Positions 37,623-46,847 are shown, numbered from the stretch's first letter. The stretch is DNA of 61,212 nucleotides from Burkholderiales bacterium (GCA_046160525.1 JBJXGQ010000084.1:1-61212); one strand, 5' to 3'. Made by a program: numbers and translations. The notes: generated from the sequence alone by a model not told the origin.

Positions 37623-38597
37623 ATGAATACGTCCGTGCCTTGCACCATCCCCTGCAATTTGTGCGGGTCGGAGGATGCTGAGCAGATACGCAGCAAGGAT
37701 CGCCATGGCGCCCATCTGCGTTCGGTGATTTGCAGGCAGTGCGGATTGGTGTGGACGGACCCGCGGCCCGCGCCCGAACAAGTGCGTGAGTTCTATGCGC
37801 AGGAGTATCGCTTGGACTTCAAGGGCACTTACCAACCCAAGCCCAAGCACACCTACCGTTCCGGTAAGGTTGCCGTGGAACGCTACCAGCGGCTACGCGA
37901 TGTGCTCAAGCCGGGCATGCGTGTGCTGGACGTGGGCGCTGGCGGTGGCGAAGTGGTCTATGTCCTGCGGTCCATGGGGTATGACGCCACGGGCTTCGAG
38001 CCCAACGAGGGATACGCGCGTTACGCCGCCGAAGTTCTCGGGCTTCCCGTGCGCCAAGGCTTTCACCAGGATTGCCCCGTGGAGCCGGAATCGCAAGATG
38101 TCGTCACCATGTTCCACATGGTGGAGCATCTGGAAAACCCCTTTGGCGCGCTGCGAAACGTGCATGGCTGGCTGCGCCCGGAAGGGCTTCTTGTCGTCGA
38201 GGTACCCAATGCCGAGGCCGTGTGCCAACAACCCCACACGCAATTTCATCGGGGGCATCTGTATCACTTCAATTTGGCGGCCTTGGAAAAGACTGGCGAG
38301 CGCGCGGGCTTTACGGTGGTGAGCCGGTTTACTTCCGCGGATGGTGGCAACATCATGGTGGTTTGGCGTAAGGGAGCTTCCTCCTCCCCGCCTTCTTCCT
38401 GGGCCATTCCAGGTAACTACGAACGCGTATCCGAAGTCTTGCGCAGCCACACGGCATTGCGCCATGTCTTTAGCCGTTATCCTTTCATCCGGCCTTTTCG
38501 CAAGCTCGCCTCGGGATTGGAGGAGCAGCGCCGCGTGCGCATGTACCGCACGCCGCGAGACATATTGGATGCGGTGATCGCCGAGAACGCCCGATGA
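37623..38597 (+). CDS. Class I SAM-dependent methyltransferase with an N-terminal CxxC...CxxC zinc ribbon
   Basis: 324 aa. CNLCGS...CRQCGL followed by motif I VLDVGAGGGEVV. Confidence 0.75.
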   Translation: MNTSVPCTIPCNLCGSEDAEQIRSKDRHGAHLRSVICRQCGLVWTDPRPAPEQVREFYAQEYRLDFKGTYQPKPKHTYRSGKVAVERYQRLRDVLKPGMRVLDVGAGGGEVVYVLRSMGYDATGFEPNEGYARYAAEVLGLPVRQGFHQDCPVEPESQDVVTMFHMVEHLENPFGALRNVHGWLRPEGLLVVEVPNAEAVCQQPHTQFHRGHLYHFNLAALEKTGERAGFTVVSRFTSADGGNIMVVWRKGASSSPPSSWAIPGNYERVSEVLRSHTALRHVFSRYPFIRPFRKLASGLEEQRRVRMYRTPRDILDAVIAENAR

Positions 38598-39391
38598 TTA
38601 CGGCGGCGCAAATCAGCGCTCATTTGGCCGCTGTGATAGAGCGCACCCGTCTTGAGCATGCGCCCTTCGATCACGTGGTGCTGGAGAATATTTTTCCGCC
38701 CGAAGCATACGCCGAGTTGCTGGCCATGCTCCCCCATGATCATTACTACCGTGAACTCAAACACAGCGATGCCATCATGGCCGATGGCCGCAGCGCCCGC
38801 CTGCAATTTCCCTTGCTGGTGGCCAATATCGAGCGGCTGCCACCCGCCCAGCGCACATTCTGGAATCAGATCGTCGCGGGCTTGAATTCGCGCAAGGTGG
38901 AGCAAGCGTGGCGTGCGAAATTCAAACCGGTTCTGGAAACCATTACGGGCAAGGCCGAGACCGCCATCAAATTCCGGCCACACATCACGCTGTTTCGCGA
39001 TCTAGGGGGCTACAAGATTTCCATCCATCCGGATTCGCCGCGCAAGGCCATCACCGTTCAATACTATCTCCCCGCCGACGAGTCTCAAGTTCATCTTGGG
39101 ACCGTATTCCACGATAAGGATGCCAGTGGCGGTTTTCGTGAAGCGCGCGCCATGCGTTTCGCGCCGAACACCGGTTATGCCTTCGCCGTCACTCCCGAGA
39201 GCTATCACAGCGTCAAACCCATGAGCGCGCAAGACAAGCCCCGCAACAGCCTCATGGTGATCATCAACTACGATCGCGGACCTTTGATCGAAGGCTTCAA
39301 GGCAGTCCGCGCGCGCCTGCGCGCCTGGTACGACAAGCTAGCCGGGCGCGGTGCGGTGGAGGCAGGCGAAGGTAAGTACGAGCAGATGTGA
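38594..39391 (+). CDS. 2OG-Fe(II) oxygenase-like protein (hypothetical)
   Basis: 265 aa. Putative facial triad: HxD in KISIHPDSP and a distal His in ESYHSV, followed by an RxS (KPRNSL). The start overlaps the methyltransferase stop (ATGA). Confidence 0.55.
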   Translation: MITAAQISAHLAAVIERTRLEHAPFDHVVLENIFPPEAYAELLAMLPHDHYYRELKHSDAIMADGRSARLQFPLLVANIERLPPAQRTFWNQIVAGLNSRKVEQAWRAKFKPVLETITGKAETAIKFRPHITLFRDLGGYKISIHPDSPRKAITVQYYLPADESQVHLGTVFHDKDASGGFREARAMRFAPNTGYAFAVTPESYHSVKPMSAQDKPRNSLMVIINYDRGPLIEGFKAVRARLRAWYDKLAGRGAVEAGEGKYEQM

Positions 39392-39428
39392 TGGCTTCGG
39401 GCGCCATGCCGAAACCGCCGGGCCTCTA

Positions 39429-40349
39429 ATGGATCCTGGCTTGCTCGCGCAATACGTCTTCAACGGTGTGATGCTGGGGATGATCTACGCCCTGGTGGCC
39501 GTGGGCTTCACGCTCTTCTTCGGTGTGCTCGACGTCATCAAATTCTCCCACGGCGACGTGCTGATGGTGGGGGCTTTCAGCGGATATACGGTCTATCTCG
39601 GCTTGCAGGCGAGCGGCGTTCACTCGCCCTTAGTGCAATTTGCCGCCGTGCTACTCATACCCATTCTTATGATGGCTCTGCTGGGCGCGGCCCTGGGAAA
39701 GTATCTCGTGCTGCCGCTGCGAGGCGCACCGCCACTTAACGTGCTGCTCATCACCTTGATGGCCGGTACGGGCTTGCGTGAGTTGGTGCGCACGCAATAC
39801 CCGAACGGCTCGAACCCGAAACCCTTTCCTGGCCTGCTCACCACGGAATCCGCCAACTTCGGTGCCTTTACCCTGCGCTACGACAGCGTGCTCCTCCTCT
39901 TGCTAGGATTGGGCGCCATCGTGCTGGTACACCTCGTCATGACGCGCAGCAAATTGGGACTCGCCATTCGCGCCGTGGCCCAGGACGGCGAGACCGCGAA
40001 ACTGATGGGTATCGACTTCGAGCGCACGGTGTTGGTCACATTCGGCATCGGCTCCGGGCTCGCGGGCCTGGCCGGAGTTACCAACGGCCTGTATTACAAC
40101 GAGATCAACTTCGGCATGGGGTTGTTGCTGGGCGTGATCGGCTTTAGCGCGGCGGTCGTCGGCGGTTTGGGAAACATCTATGGCGCTATTCTCGGCGGTT
40201 TTCTATTCGCCGCATTGCAAACAGGCGGTGCCGTCCTGTTGCCCGTGGCCAGCGCCTACAAGGATGTGTTTGCGTTCGCCGTCATCATCGCCATCATGGC
40301 GTGGAAGCCCACGGGGTTGATCGCCGAGCGTAGCGCCGAGCGGGTATGA
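39429..40349 (+). CDS. Branched-chain-amino-acid-type (HAAT family) ABC transporter permease, LivH-like
   Basis: About 306 aa from the ATG at 39429. N-terminus LAQYVFNGVMLGMIYALVAVGFTLFFGV is typical of LivH. Confidence 0.88.
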   Translation: MDPGLLAQYVFNGVMLGMIYALVAVGFTLFFGVLDVIKFSHGDVLMVGAFSGYTVYLGLQASGVHSPLVQFAAVLLIPILMMALLGAALGKYLVLPLRGAPPLNVLLITLMAGTGLRELVRTQYPNGSNPKPFPGLLTTESANFGAFTLRYDSVLLLLLGLGAIVLVHLVMTRSKLGLAIRAVAQDGETAKLMGIDFERTVLVTFGIGSGLAGLAGVTNGLYYNEINFGMGLLLGVIGFSAAVVGGLGNIYGAILGGFLFAALQTGGAVLLPVASAYKDVFAFAVIIAIMAWKPTGLIAERSAERV

Positions 40350-41500
40350 AACGCGCGCTTCCCAACATGGGGGTTGCGGTTATCTCGATCGCGAGCTTCG
40401 CCGCGCTCGGCTATTTGTTACTGGCGGTGGAGCAGCAATGGGCGGTGGCTGCGGTGGCGCTCGCCGCAATCATCGTTCTCGCAGCGGCCGGGCGGCTAGG
40501 GACACTGCGCACGCTGGAAGCGACCCATGCCTCGCGCTCCTCGCAAGTGAACACGCTGGTCGTGGTCGCCACGCTCGCCTTGATGGCGTTGTTTCATGGG
40601 GACCATTTCGCGCTGCTCATGCTGGTGAAGGTGATGCTGTTCTGCATCGCCTGCCTGGGACTCAACGTCCAGTTCGGCTACGCCGGCGTGGTGAATTTCG
40701 CGGGGGCGGCTTTCTTCGGCATGGGCGCCTACGCGACAGCGGTTCTCGCACAACACACAGCCATTCCGCACCTGGTCATTCTGTTATTGGGAGGCGCAAT
40801 GGCCGCGCTCGCCGGGACGGTGCTTACCTTGCCCATGCTGCGCACACGCGGGCATTACGCAGCCCTGATCACCATTGCCTTCGGAATTTTGTTCAAAACC
40901 TTTTTGGAGGTGAACGATCTCCTGGGCGGCCCGCAAGGCTTGAAGCTACCCGGATTGCGCGTCGCGGGCTACGCCTTCAACGACAACATCGCGTACGGCC
41001 AAACGGGAGAGATTTCCTTTTACGTGAACTACGCCTTGCTCGCGCTCGTTATTCTGGTCGTTGCCTTCGCCCTGGTAAAGCGCCTGGAGCGCTCGTGGAT
41101 TGGTTTGTATTTGGACGCCGTGCGCATAGACGAAACCGCCGCCTCGGTGTTCGGAGTGGGCGTGGGGCGGTCGAAGGTGCTTGCCTTCGCCTTCGGCAAT
41201 TTTTTCGCCGGCCTGGCCGGTTCCCTCTATGCGATGATGACTGGCTTCATCGCGCCGGCGGACTTCACCTTCAGCGATTCTCTGATTCTCGTTTCCATCG
41301 TCATTCTGGGCGGCCTGGGCAATCCGTGGAGCATCATTCCGGCGGCGGCGCTGGTCATCGTACTGCCAGAAAAACTCCAGGTCATCCAGGAATACCGCAT
41401 CTTGTTGTTCTCGGTGCTGGTGGTGCTGATTCTGCGTTTCCGCCCCGATGGCTTGATACCACGGCGCCTACGCGTGTTCGTCTCGGGGAAAACGGCGTGA
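40346..41500 (+). CDS. HAAT-family ABC transporter permease, LivM-like
   Basis: 384 aa, polytopic (GYAGVVNFAGAAFFGMGAY). ATGA overlap with the upstream permease. Confidence 0.85.
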   Translation: MKRALPNMGVAVISIASFAALGYLLLAVEQQWAVAAVALAAIIVLAAAGRLGTLRTLEATHASRSSQVNTLVVVATLALMALFHGDHFALLMLVKVMLFCIACLGLNVQFGYAGVVNFAGAAFFGMGAYATAVLAQHTAIPHLVILLLGGAMAALAGTVLTLPMLRTRGHYAALITIAFGILFKTFLEVNDLLGGPQGLKLPGLRVAGYAFNDNIAYGQTGEISFYVNYALLALVILVVAFALVKRLERSWIGLYLDAVRIDETAASVFGVGVGRSKVLAFAFGNFFAGLAGSLYAMMTGFIAPADFTFSDSLILVSIVILGGLGNPWSIIPAAALVIVLPEKLQVIQEYRILLFSVLVVLILRFRPDGLIPRRLRVFVSGKTA

Positions 41501-42267
41501 GCCTGCTTGCTTGCCGCGATCTAACGGTACGCTTTGGTGGCTTGACGGCGCTGAACAAACTGAGCTTATCCGTGGATGCGGGGGAAATTCTCGGGCTGAT
41601 CGGCCCCAACGGCTCGGGCAAGACCACCTTCTTCAATGCGCTTACGGCGCTTTATCCCTTAGTGGATGGCGAAGTGGAGTTCGCTGGGCATCCACTCACG
41701 GGCCATACTCCGCAACAAATCTACGCGGCGGGCATCACACGTACCTTTCAGCGCTCGCGCCTATGTCTTTCGCTCTCCGTGTTCGACAACCTGATGATTG
41801 GTAATCACCGCAATTTACAGCGGGGATTCCTGTTCAATCTATTTCAGCGCCGCGCCCTGGCGGCGCAAATCGGCGCGAACATCGAAGCCGCCCGGGCGTT
41901 GCTGCGCTCCTTTAACGCCAAGTTGCCCGAGCGCCTATTCGATGCGGCCGGATCCTTGGGCATGATCGACCGGCGCCGGGTGGAAGTGTGCCGCGCGCTC
42001 ATCAGCCAGCCGAGACTTCTGCTGCTCGATGAACCCTCGGCGGGCATGACGCACGAGGAGACGCGCGAGCTGATGGATGACATTCTGTTGGTGCGCGAAA
42101 CGACCCCAGAGCTGGCGATCATTCTCATCGAACACGAAATGGGAGTAATCGGGCGCATCACGCAACGCTGTATCGTGCTCAATTTCGGCGAGAAGCTGTG
42201 CGAGGGCCCCTACGCACAAGTGGCGGCGGACCCCTCCGTGCAGCAGGCCTACCTGGGGGCGGACTGA
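41497..42267 (+). CDS. HAAT-family ABC transporter ATP-binding protein, LivG-like
   Basis: About 256 aa from the GTG at 41497 (GTGA overlap with the livM-like stop). Walker A GPNGSGKTT and LLLLDEPSAGM. Confidence 0.88.
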   Translation: MSLLACRDLTVRFGGLTALNKLSLSVDAGEILGLIGPNGSGKTTFFNALTALYPLVDGEVEFAGHPLTGHTPQQIYAAGITRTFQRSRLCLSLSVFDNLMIGNHRNLQRGFLFNLFQRRALAAQIGANIEAARALLRSFNAKLPERLFDAAGSLGMIDRRRVEVCRALISQPRLLLLDEPSAGMTHEETRELMDDILLVRETTPELAIILIEHEMGVIGRITQRCIVLNFGEKLCEGPYAQVAADPSVQQAYLGAD

Positions 42268-42269
42268 GC

Positions 42270-43004
42270 ATGGCGGCATTGCTTGTATTGGAAAATATCT
42301 TTGCCGGTTACGACCAAGCCGACGTCTTGTCGGGTGTTTCACTGAGCGTTGAAGAAGGCAGTATCACCTGCATCCTGGGTTCCAACGGAGCGGGAAAGAG
42401 CACGCTGATTCGGGTCATCCTTGGGCTGACGCTGGCGCGTGTGGGGCGGGTGATATTGAACGGTCAGGACATCGCAAGCGTTCCCACTCACGCAATCATC
42501 GCCAGTGGCGTCGCCTGCATCCCCGAGGGCCGCCGGGTATTTCCCAAGATGACTATCGAGGAGAACTTGCGCGCGGGCGCTTATCTCGAAAAAGTTGGAG
42601 CCACCGTTGCCAAGCGCCTGCGCGACGTCTACGACATCTTTCCGCGTTTGCAAGAACGCCAAGGCCAATTGGCCGGTACTCTCTCGGGAGGCGAGCAGGC
42701 CATGCTTTCCATCGGCCGGGGTCTCATGTCGCAACCGAAGTTATTGTTGATCGACGAACCCTCCCTCGGGCTCTCGCCGCTATTGGTGAAGGAGAACTTT
42801 CTCGTCATTCAGCGCATCAATCGGATGGGCGTCACGGTCTTGCTGGTGGAACAAAATGTCCGCCAGACCCTTGCCATTGCCCACTACGGGTACGTATTGG
42901 CCCAGGGCCGCGTGGCGGCGGCCGGTAGCGCTGAGCAACTCAAGGCAAACGATGAAGTACGGCAAGCCTACTTTGGCGCGCAGGGACACGGGGAGATTTC
43001 ATGA
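42270..43004 (+). CDS. HAAT-family ABC transporter ATP-binding protein, LivF-like
   Basis: About 244 aa from the ATG at 42270. Walker A GSNGAGKST, signature LSGGEQ and LLLIDEPSLGL. Confidence 0.88.
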   Translation: MAALLVLENIFAGYDQADVLSGVSLSVEEGSITCILGSNGAGKSTLIRVILGLTLARVGRVILNGQDIASVPTHAIIASGVACIPEGRRVFPKMTIEENLRAGAYLEKVGATVAKRLRDVYDIFPRLQERQGQLAGTLSGGEQAMLSIGRGLMSQPKLLLIDEPSLGLSPLLVKENFLVIQRINRMGVTVLLVEQNVRQTLAIAHYGYVLAQGRVAAAGSAEQLKANDEVRQAYFGAQGHGEIS

Positions 43005-44125
43005 ACAGCCAGTTCGATGCACTGAGACTCACGCGAGAAATCGTGGAGATGAATACCATCAATCCCCCAGGCAGGGAGGGCGATTGCGCCAGGCATCTGG
43101 GGGCCATACTGGAAGCGGCGGGATTTAGTCTTCAATACCACCAGATCGGCGAGGAACGTTCAAACCTTGTTGCCCGCATTGGAAATGGCGTTGGCGCTCC
43201 GCTGTGCTTCACGGGACACATCGATACGGTCCCGCTGGGTGCGGCGAAATGGAAGAAAGACCCCTTCGCCGGAGAAACAGACGGCGGTAGATTATTCGGC
43301 CGGGGTAGTAGCGACATGAAGTCGGGTGTGGCCGCTTTCGTGGTGGCCGCCGCGAAATTGGCGCCCCACCTACGCACGACACCGGGCCTGGTGCTCATCA
43401 TTACGGCGGCGGAGGAGACTGGATGCGAGGGCGCCTTCAAGCTGGTTAAGGAAGAGCATCTTGGTGTGGCGGGCGCCATCGTGGTGGCGGAGCCCACCAG
43501 CAACTATCCTTTCGTCGGCCACAAGGGCGCTTTCTGGTTGACCGCGAAAGCGCATGGTGTCACGGCCCATGGATCCATGCCGGAGCGCGGGGTGAATGCG
43601 GTGTACAAGGCCGCGCGTGCCGTGACGGCCCTGGAGAATTTTCGCTTCAACTCCCCGCCTCACAGCTTGATGGGACAATCGACGTTGAACGTCGGAAGCT
43701 TCCATGGCGGTCTGAATATCAATTCGGTGCCCGATGAGGCGAGCGTGGCTATCGATATACGAACTGTACCCGGGACGCATCACGCGGAGCTTCTCCAGCA
43801 GCTCACGCGGCAGCTAGGCAACGACGTATCGCTGGAAGTGATGATGGACTTGGAGAGTATCTACACGGCACCCGAGCAGGAATGGGTGCAGTCCGTTTAC
43901 GACATCATGCAACCCATCCTGGGCGAACGCCCGCGGGCGCGCACCGCCACGTACTTCACCGACGCCGCGGCCTTGACTCCGGCATTGGGTGGTCCTCCCA
44001 CGTTGATATTGGGTCCTGGCGAGCCACAAATGGCTCACCAAACGGATGAATACTGCGTCATGGAGCGCGTGCATCAAGCCACGGCGGTGTTCGAGAGCAT
44101 CATCGAACAGTGGTGCAAGCCGTGA
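43001..44125 (+). CDS. M20-family metallo-amidohydrolase (ArgE/DapE/ACY1-like deacylase)
   Basis: 374 aa. GHIDTVP metal-ligand motif, RGSSDMKSG and AAEETG. ATGA overlap with the livF-like stop. Confidence 0.8.
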   Translation: MNSQFDALRLTREIVEMNTINPPGREGDCARHLGAILEAAGFSLQYHQIGEERSNLVARIGNGVGAPLCFTGHIDTVPLGAAKWKKDPFAGETDGGRLFGRGSSDMKSGVAAFVVAAAKLAPHLRTTPGLVLIITAAEETGCEGAFKLVKEEHLGVAGAIVVAEPTSNYPFVGHKGAFWLTAKAHGVTAHGSMPERGVNAVYKAARAVTALENFRFNSPPHSLMGQSTLNVGSFHGGLNINSVPDEASVAIDIRTVPGTHHAELLQQLTRQLGNDVSLEVMMDLESIYTAPEQEWVQSVYDIMQPILGERPRARTATYFTDAAALTPALGGPPTLILGPGEPQMAHQTDEYCVMERVHQATAVFESIIEQWCKP

Positions 44126-45354
44126 GCGAGGGCGATATCCCAGGGAAGATTGCGCGGATATTCGATGATGCGCAATACAAGACCCTAAGCGGCGCGAAGG
44201 CTTTGTGCGGGCAGGCCAGCCTGAATGGACAGCCGCTTTTTTTCTTTGCCACGGATCCTGGCCATGCGCGCGGTGCCATCGGTGTAGCGGACGGCGAAGC
44301 TCTGTTGTGGGTGATCGGGCAAGCACGCGAGCGACGCCGCCCCATGGTCTGGTTGCTCGATTGCTCGGGAGCGAAAGTGGATGAAGGCCTACCCGCCCTC
44401 GCGGCGTTTCGGCGGTTTTACCGGGAAGCGCTGCTGGCAAAGGCGGATGGCATTCCCATTCTCGCGGTGCTGGGGCGCGGTTGCTATGGTGGCGCCAGCT
44501 TGTTGGCGATGCTGGCTAGCCATCGCATCTATTCGGCGGCCACACGGCTATCCACTTCAGGGCCGTCCATCATCGAAAGCGTGGAAGGCCGCGCGGTTTT
44601 CGATTCCACGGATCCCATCGCCGTGTCTGCTTTGTTGGGCGCAAGCGCTCGCCTGCAAACCGACCGGCATGGCGAGTTGGACGATGATATGAAGGGCGCC
44701 ATTGGCCGCTGGCTCGCGCAGCCGAAGTCCGCCAATGACGGGAGGCACGATCACGTCATGCTGGAGGAGCGTTTAAGCGCGGTGCCGCAAGCACCGGATT
44801 ACCGCCACAAACTGCAAACGTTACTTCCTCCGTCATACACCGCGGCCCAGCGCGGAAATATCGTGTTCTCCTTTCCCGCGCCCGCCTCACGTAAAGCGGT
44901 GTTTTGCGGTTTTCTTTCGGGCGGCGCCTTCGGTGCAACGGACTCTTGGCAGCTTGCGGATCTTGTGCGAGAGGTAGCGCATTCTCACCCTGCCAGCCCC
45001 GTCATTTTGCTCCTGGACGCCAGCGGTCACGCGGCGAAAGTTGCCGACGAGAAGGCGCTCCTCGCCGAGTATCTCGTTCACCTATGCGTGGGCATCCGCA
45101 ACCTTGCTGCGCGAGGCCACAAAACCGTTCTGTGGATTACGGGTGGCGCATCGGGTGCCGTCTATGTGGTATTTGCCGCTGCCGTGGAGCGTGTATCGGT
45201 GTTGACCAGCGCACGCGTGGAAGTTCTGGGTTCGGCCGCCGTGAACAGCATTCTTGGCCGGCCGGTAGCCGGAGCTTCCACGGCGGCGCAGTTGCTCGAG
45301 CTTGGAATTGCCGAAGGCGTACTGGATTCACGATTGGAAAATTACCCATCATGA
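44110..45354 (+). CDS. Fused carboxyltransferase resembling malonate decarboxylase beta (MdcD) plus gamma (MdcE) subunits
   Basis: About 410-414 aa, with alternative GTG starts at 44110, 44113 and 44122; the last gives a GTGA overlap with the M20 stop. The N-half (LLDCSGAKVDEG, GRGCYGGASL) looks MdcD/ACC-CT-like. The C-half (ILLLDASGHAA, ITGGASGAVYV) looks MdcE-like. Assignment is from motif memory. Confidence 0.6.
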   Translation: MVQAVSEGDIPGKIARIFDDAQYKTLSGAKALCGQASLNGQPLFFFATDPGHARGAIGVADGEALLWVIGQARERRRPMVWLLDCSGAKVDEGLPALAAFRRFYREALLAKADGIPILAVLGRGCYGGASLLAMLASHRIYSAATRLSTSGPSIIESVEGRAVFDSTDPIAVSALLGASARLQTDRHGELDDDMKGAIGRWLAQPKSANDGRHDHVMLEERLSAVPQAPDYRHKLQTLLPPSYTAAQRGNIVFSFPAPASRKAVFCGFLSGGAFGATDSWQLADLVREVAHSHPASPVILLLDASGHAAKVADEKALLAEYLVHLCVGIRNLAARGHKTVLWITGGASGAVYVVFAAAVERVSVLTSARVEVLGSAAVNSILGRPVAGASTAAQLLELGIAEGVLDSRLENYPS

Positions 45355-46847
45355 ACGACAATGTTTTCTCCCTGTTTGAAGCGGCCCATGGCAACTACCC
45401 GGACCGCGTGATCATCGAAACCGAAGACGGCCACCAATACCGGGGGCGCGATTTGCTGGCGAGCAGCGGGCGCTACGCCACACTGTTAGCCCGCCTTGGG
45501 ACCGGGCGCGGTGACCGGGTGGTCGTGCAAGCGGAAAAATCGGTGCAATCGCTGTTCTTCTACCTTGCGTGCTTGCGTGCAGGTGTGATCTACGTTCCGC
45601 TTAACACGGCCTACCGGCGCGCCGAGTTGGCCTATTTCCTTGGCGACGCGCAACCAAAACTGGTGATCTGTTCGCCGCAATCGAAAGCCGAAATCGAATC
45701 CTTGACGGACGCTACCGTATTGACGCTGAATGAAGAGGGCGAGGGATCCCTACAGGATGCCTTGGCCAGCGTTACGAGGGAAGCACCGGTGGCAGCGGTG
45801 GCGGCGGACGATACGGCGGTGATCATCTATACCTCCGGGACGACGGGCCGTTCCAAGGGTGCCATGATCACGCACCGCAACTTGTCGTCCAACACCCGTG
45901 TTCTCGTAGAGTATTGGGCGTTCAGCAGCCGTGATGTGTTGGTGCATGCCTTACCCATTTTTCATATCCACGGTTTATTCGTGGCCAATCACACGGCGCT
46001 TGCCGCGGGCGCCAAGATTCTCTGGCACCGTAAGTTCGATCCGAAGGGCGTACTTGCGGCCCTGCCCGAGGCAACAATATTGATGGGTGTTCCCACGGTC
46101 TATACGCGGTTATTGGCGGAGCCAACCTTTGGCCGCGAGGCCGTGCGCAATATGCGGCTATTCATCTCGGGCTCCGCGCCTTTGTTATTGGATACTTTCT
46201 CGGAATTCGAGGGACGAACCGGCCATCGTATTTTGGAACGATACGGCATGTCGGAGGCCGGGATGATTACTTCCAATCCACTGCAAGGAATTCGCGCGGG
46301 CGGGACCGTTGGATTACCTCTACCTGGCAATGCAGTACGGGTAGCCGGCGAGCATGATCGTCCCCTGGGGCGCGGCGAGGCGGGGGGGATACAGATCAAG
46401 GGCGATAACGTCTTCGCTGGCTACTGGAAAATGCCCGAGAAGACGAAGGAAGAGTTCACGGCCGATGGATGGTTTAAGACTGGCGATGTGGGCGTCTTCG
46501 ATGAGAGTGGTTATCTATCGATCGTGGGCCGCGCCAAGGACCTCATCATCAGCGGGGGATACAACGTGTATCCAAAGGAGGTCGAACTGGTACTCGATGC
46601 ACTGCCCGGTGTGTTGGAGAGCGCGGTAATCGGTGTCCCCCACCCCGATTTCGGCGAGGCTGTAACCGCTGTCCTGGTGTTGCGGAAGGAGGCGCGGCTA
46701 TCCGAGGTAGAGGTTATTACACAGGTCAAGGCACAGCTCGCCAATTACAAGACTCCCAAGCGTGTGCACATCGTCGAAGATCTACCGCGTAATGCCATGG
46801 GCAAGGTGCAGAAGAATATTCTTCGCGAGAAATTCTCAAAGATTTAG
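45351..46847 (+). CDS. AMP-forming acyl-CoA synthetase, MatB-like malonyl-CoA synthetase
   Basis: About 498 aa from the ATG at 45351 (ATGA overlap). RVVVQAEKSVQSLFFYLACLRAGVIYVPLNTAYRRAELAYFLGDAQPKLVI closely parallels the remembered Rhizobium MatB N-terminal region. AMP motif YTSGTTGRSKGA. Confidence 0.75.
   Translation: MNDNVFSLFEAAHGNYPDRVIIETEDGHQYRGRDLLASSGRYATLLARLGTGRGDRVVVQAEKSVQSLFFYLACLRAGVIYVPLNTAYRRAELAYFLGDAQPKLVICSPQSKAEIESLTDATVLTLNEEGEGSLQDALASVTREAPVAAVAADDTAVIIYTSGTTGRSKGAMITHRNLSSNTRVLVEYWAFSSRDVLVHALPIFHIHGLFVANHTALAAGAKILWHRKFDPKGVLAALPEATILMGVPTVYTRLLAEPTFGREAVRNMRLFISGSAPLLLDTFSEFEGRTGHRILERYGMSEAGMITSNPLQGIRAGGTVGLPLPGNAVRVAGEHDRPLGRGEAGGIQIKGDNVFAGYWKMPEKTKEEFTADGWFKTGDVGVFDESGYLSIVGRAKDLIISGGYNVYPKEVELVLDALPGVLESAVIGVPHPDFGEAVTAVLVLRKEARLSEVEVITQVKAQLANYKTPKRVHIVEDLPRNAMGKVQKNILREKFSKI

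Noticed and set aside
37203-37850. 215-aa minus-strand ORF bridging the small exported protein gene and the methyltransferase gene.
   Set aside because: It overlaps two better-supported plus-strand genes, has no recognisable motifs or ribosome-binding site, and has the composition typical of antisense frames.
40438-41496. N-terminal extensions of the LivG-like ORF (609 aa in the track) and of the MatB-like ORF (647 aa, 44904-45350), suggesting giant fusion proteins.
   Set aside because: The extensions overlap the well-supported LivM-like and MdcDE-like genes in other frames and are Arg/Gly-rich. Conserved N-termini begin at the GTG at 41497 and the ATG at 45351, each with a coupling overlap.
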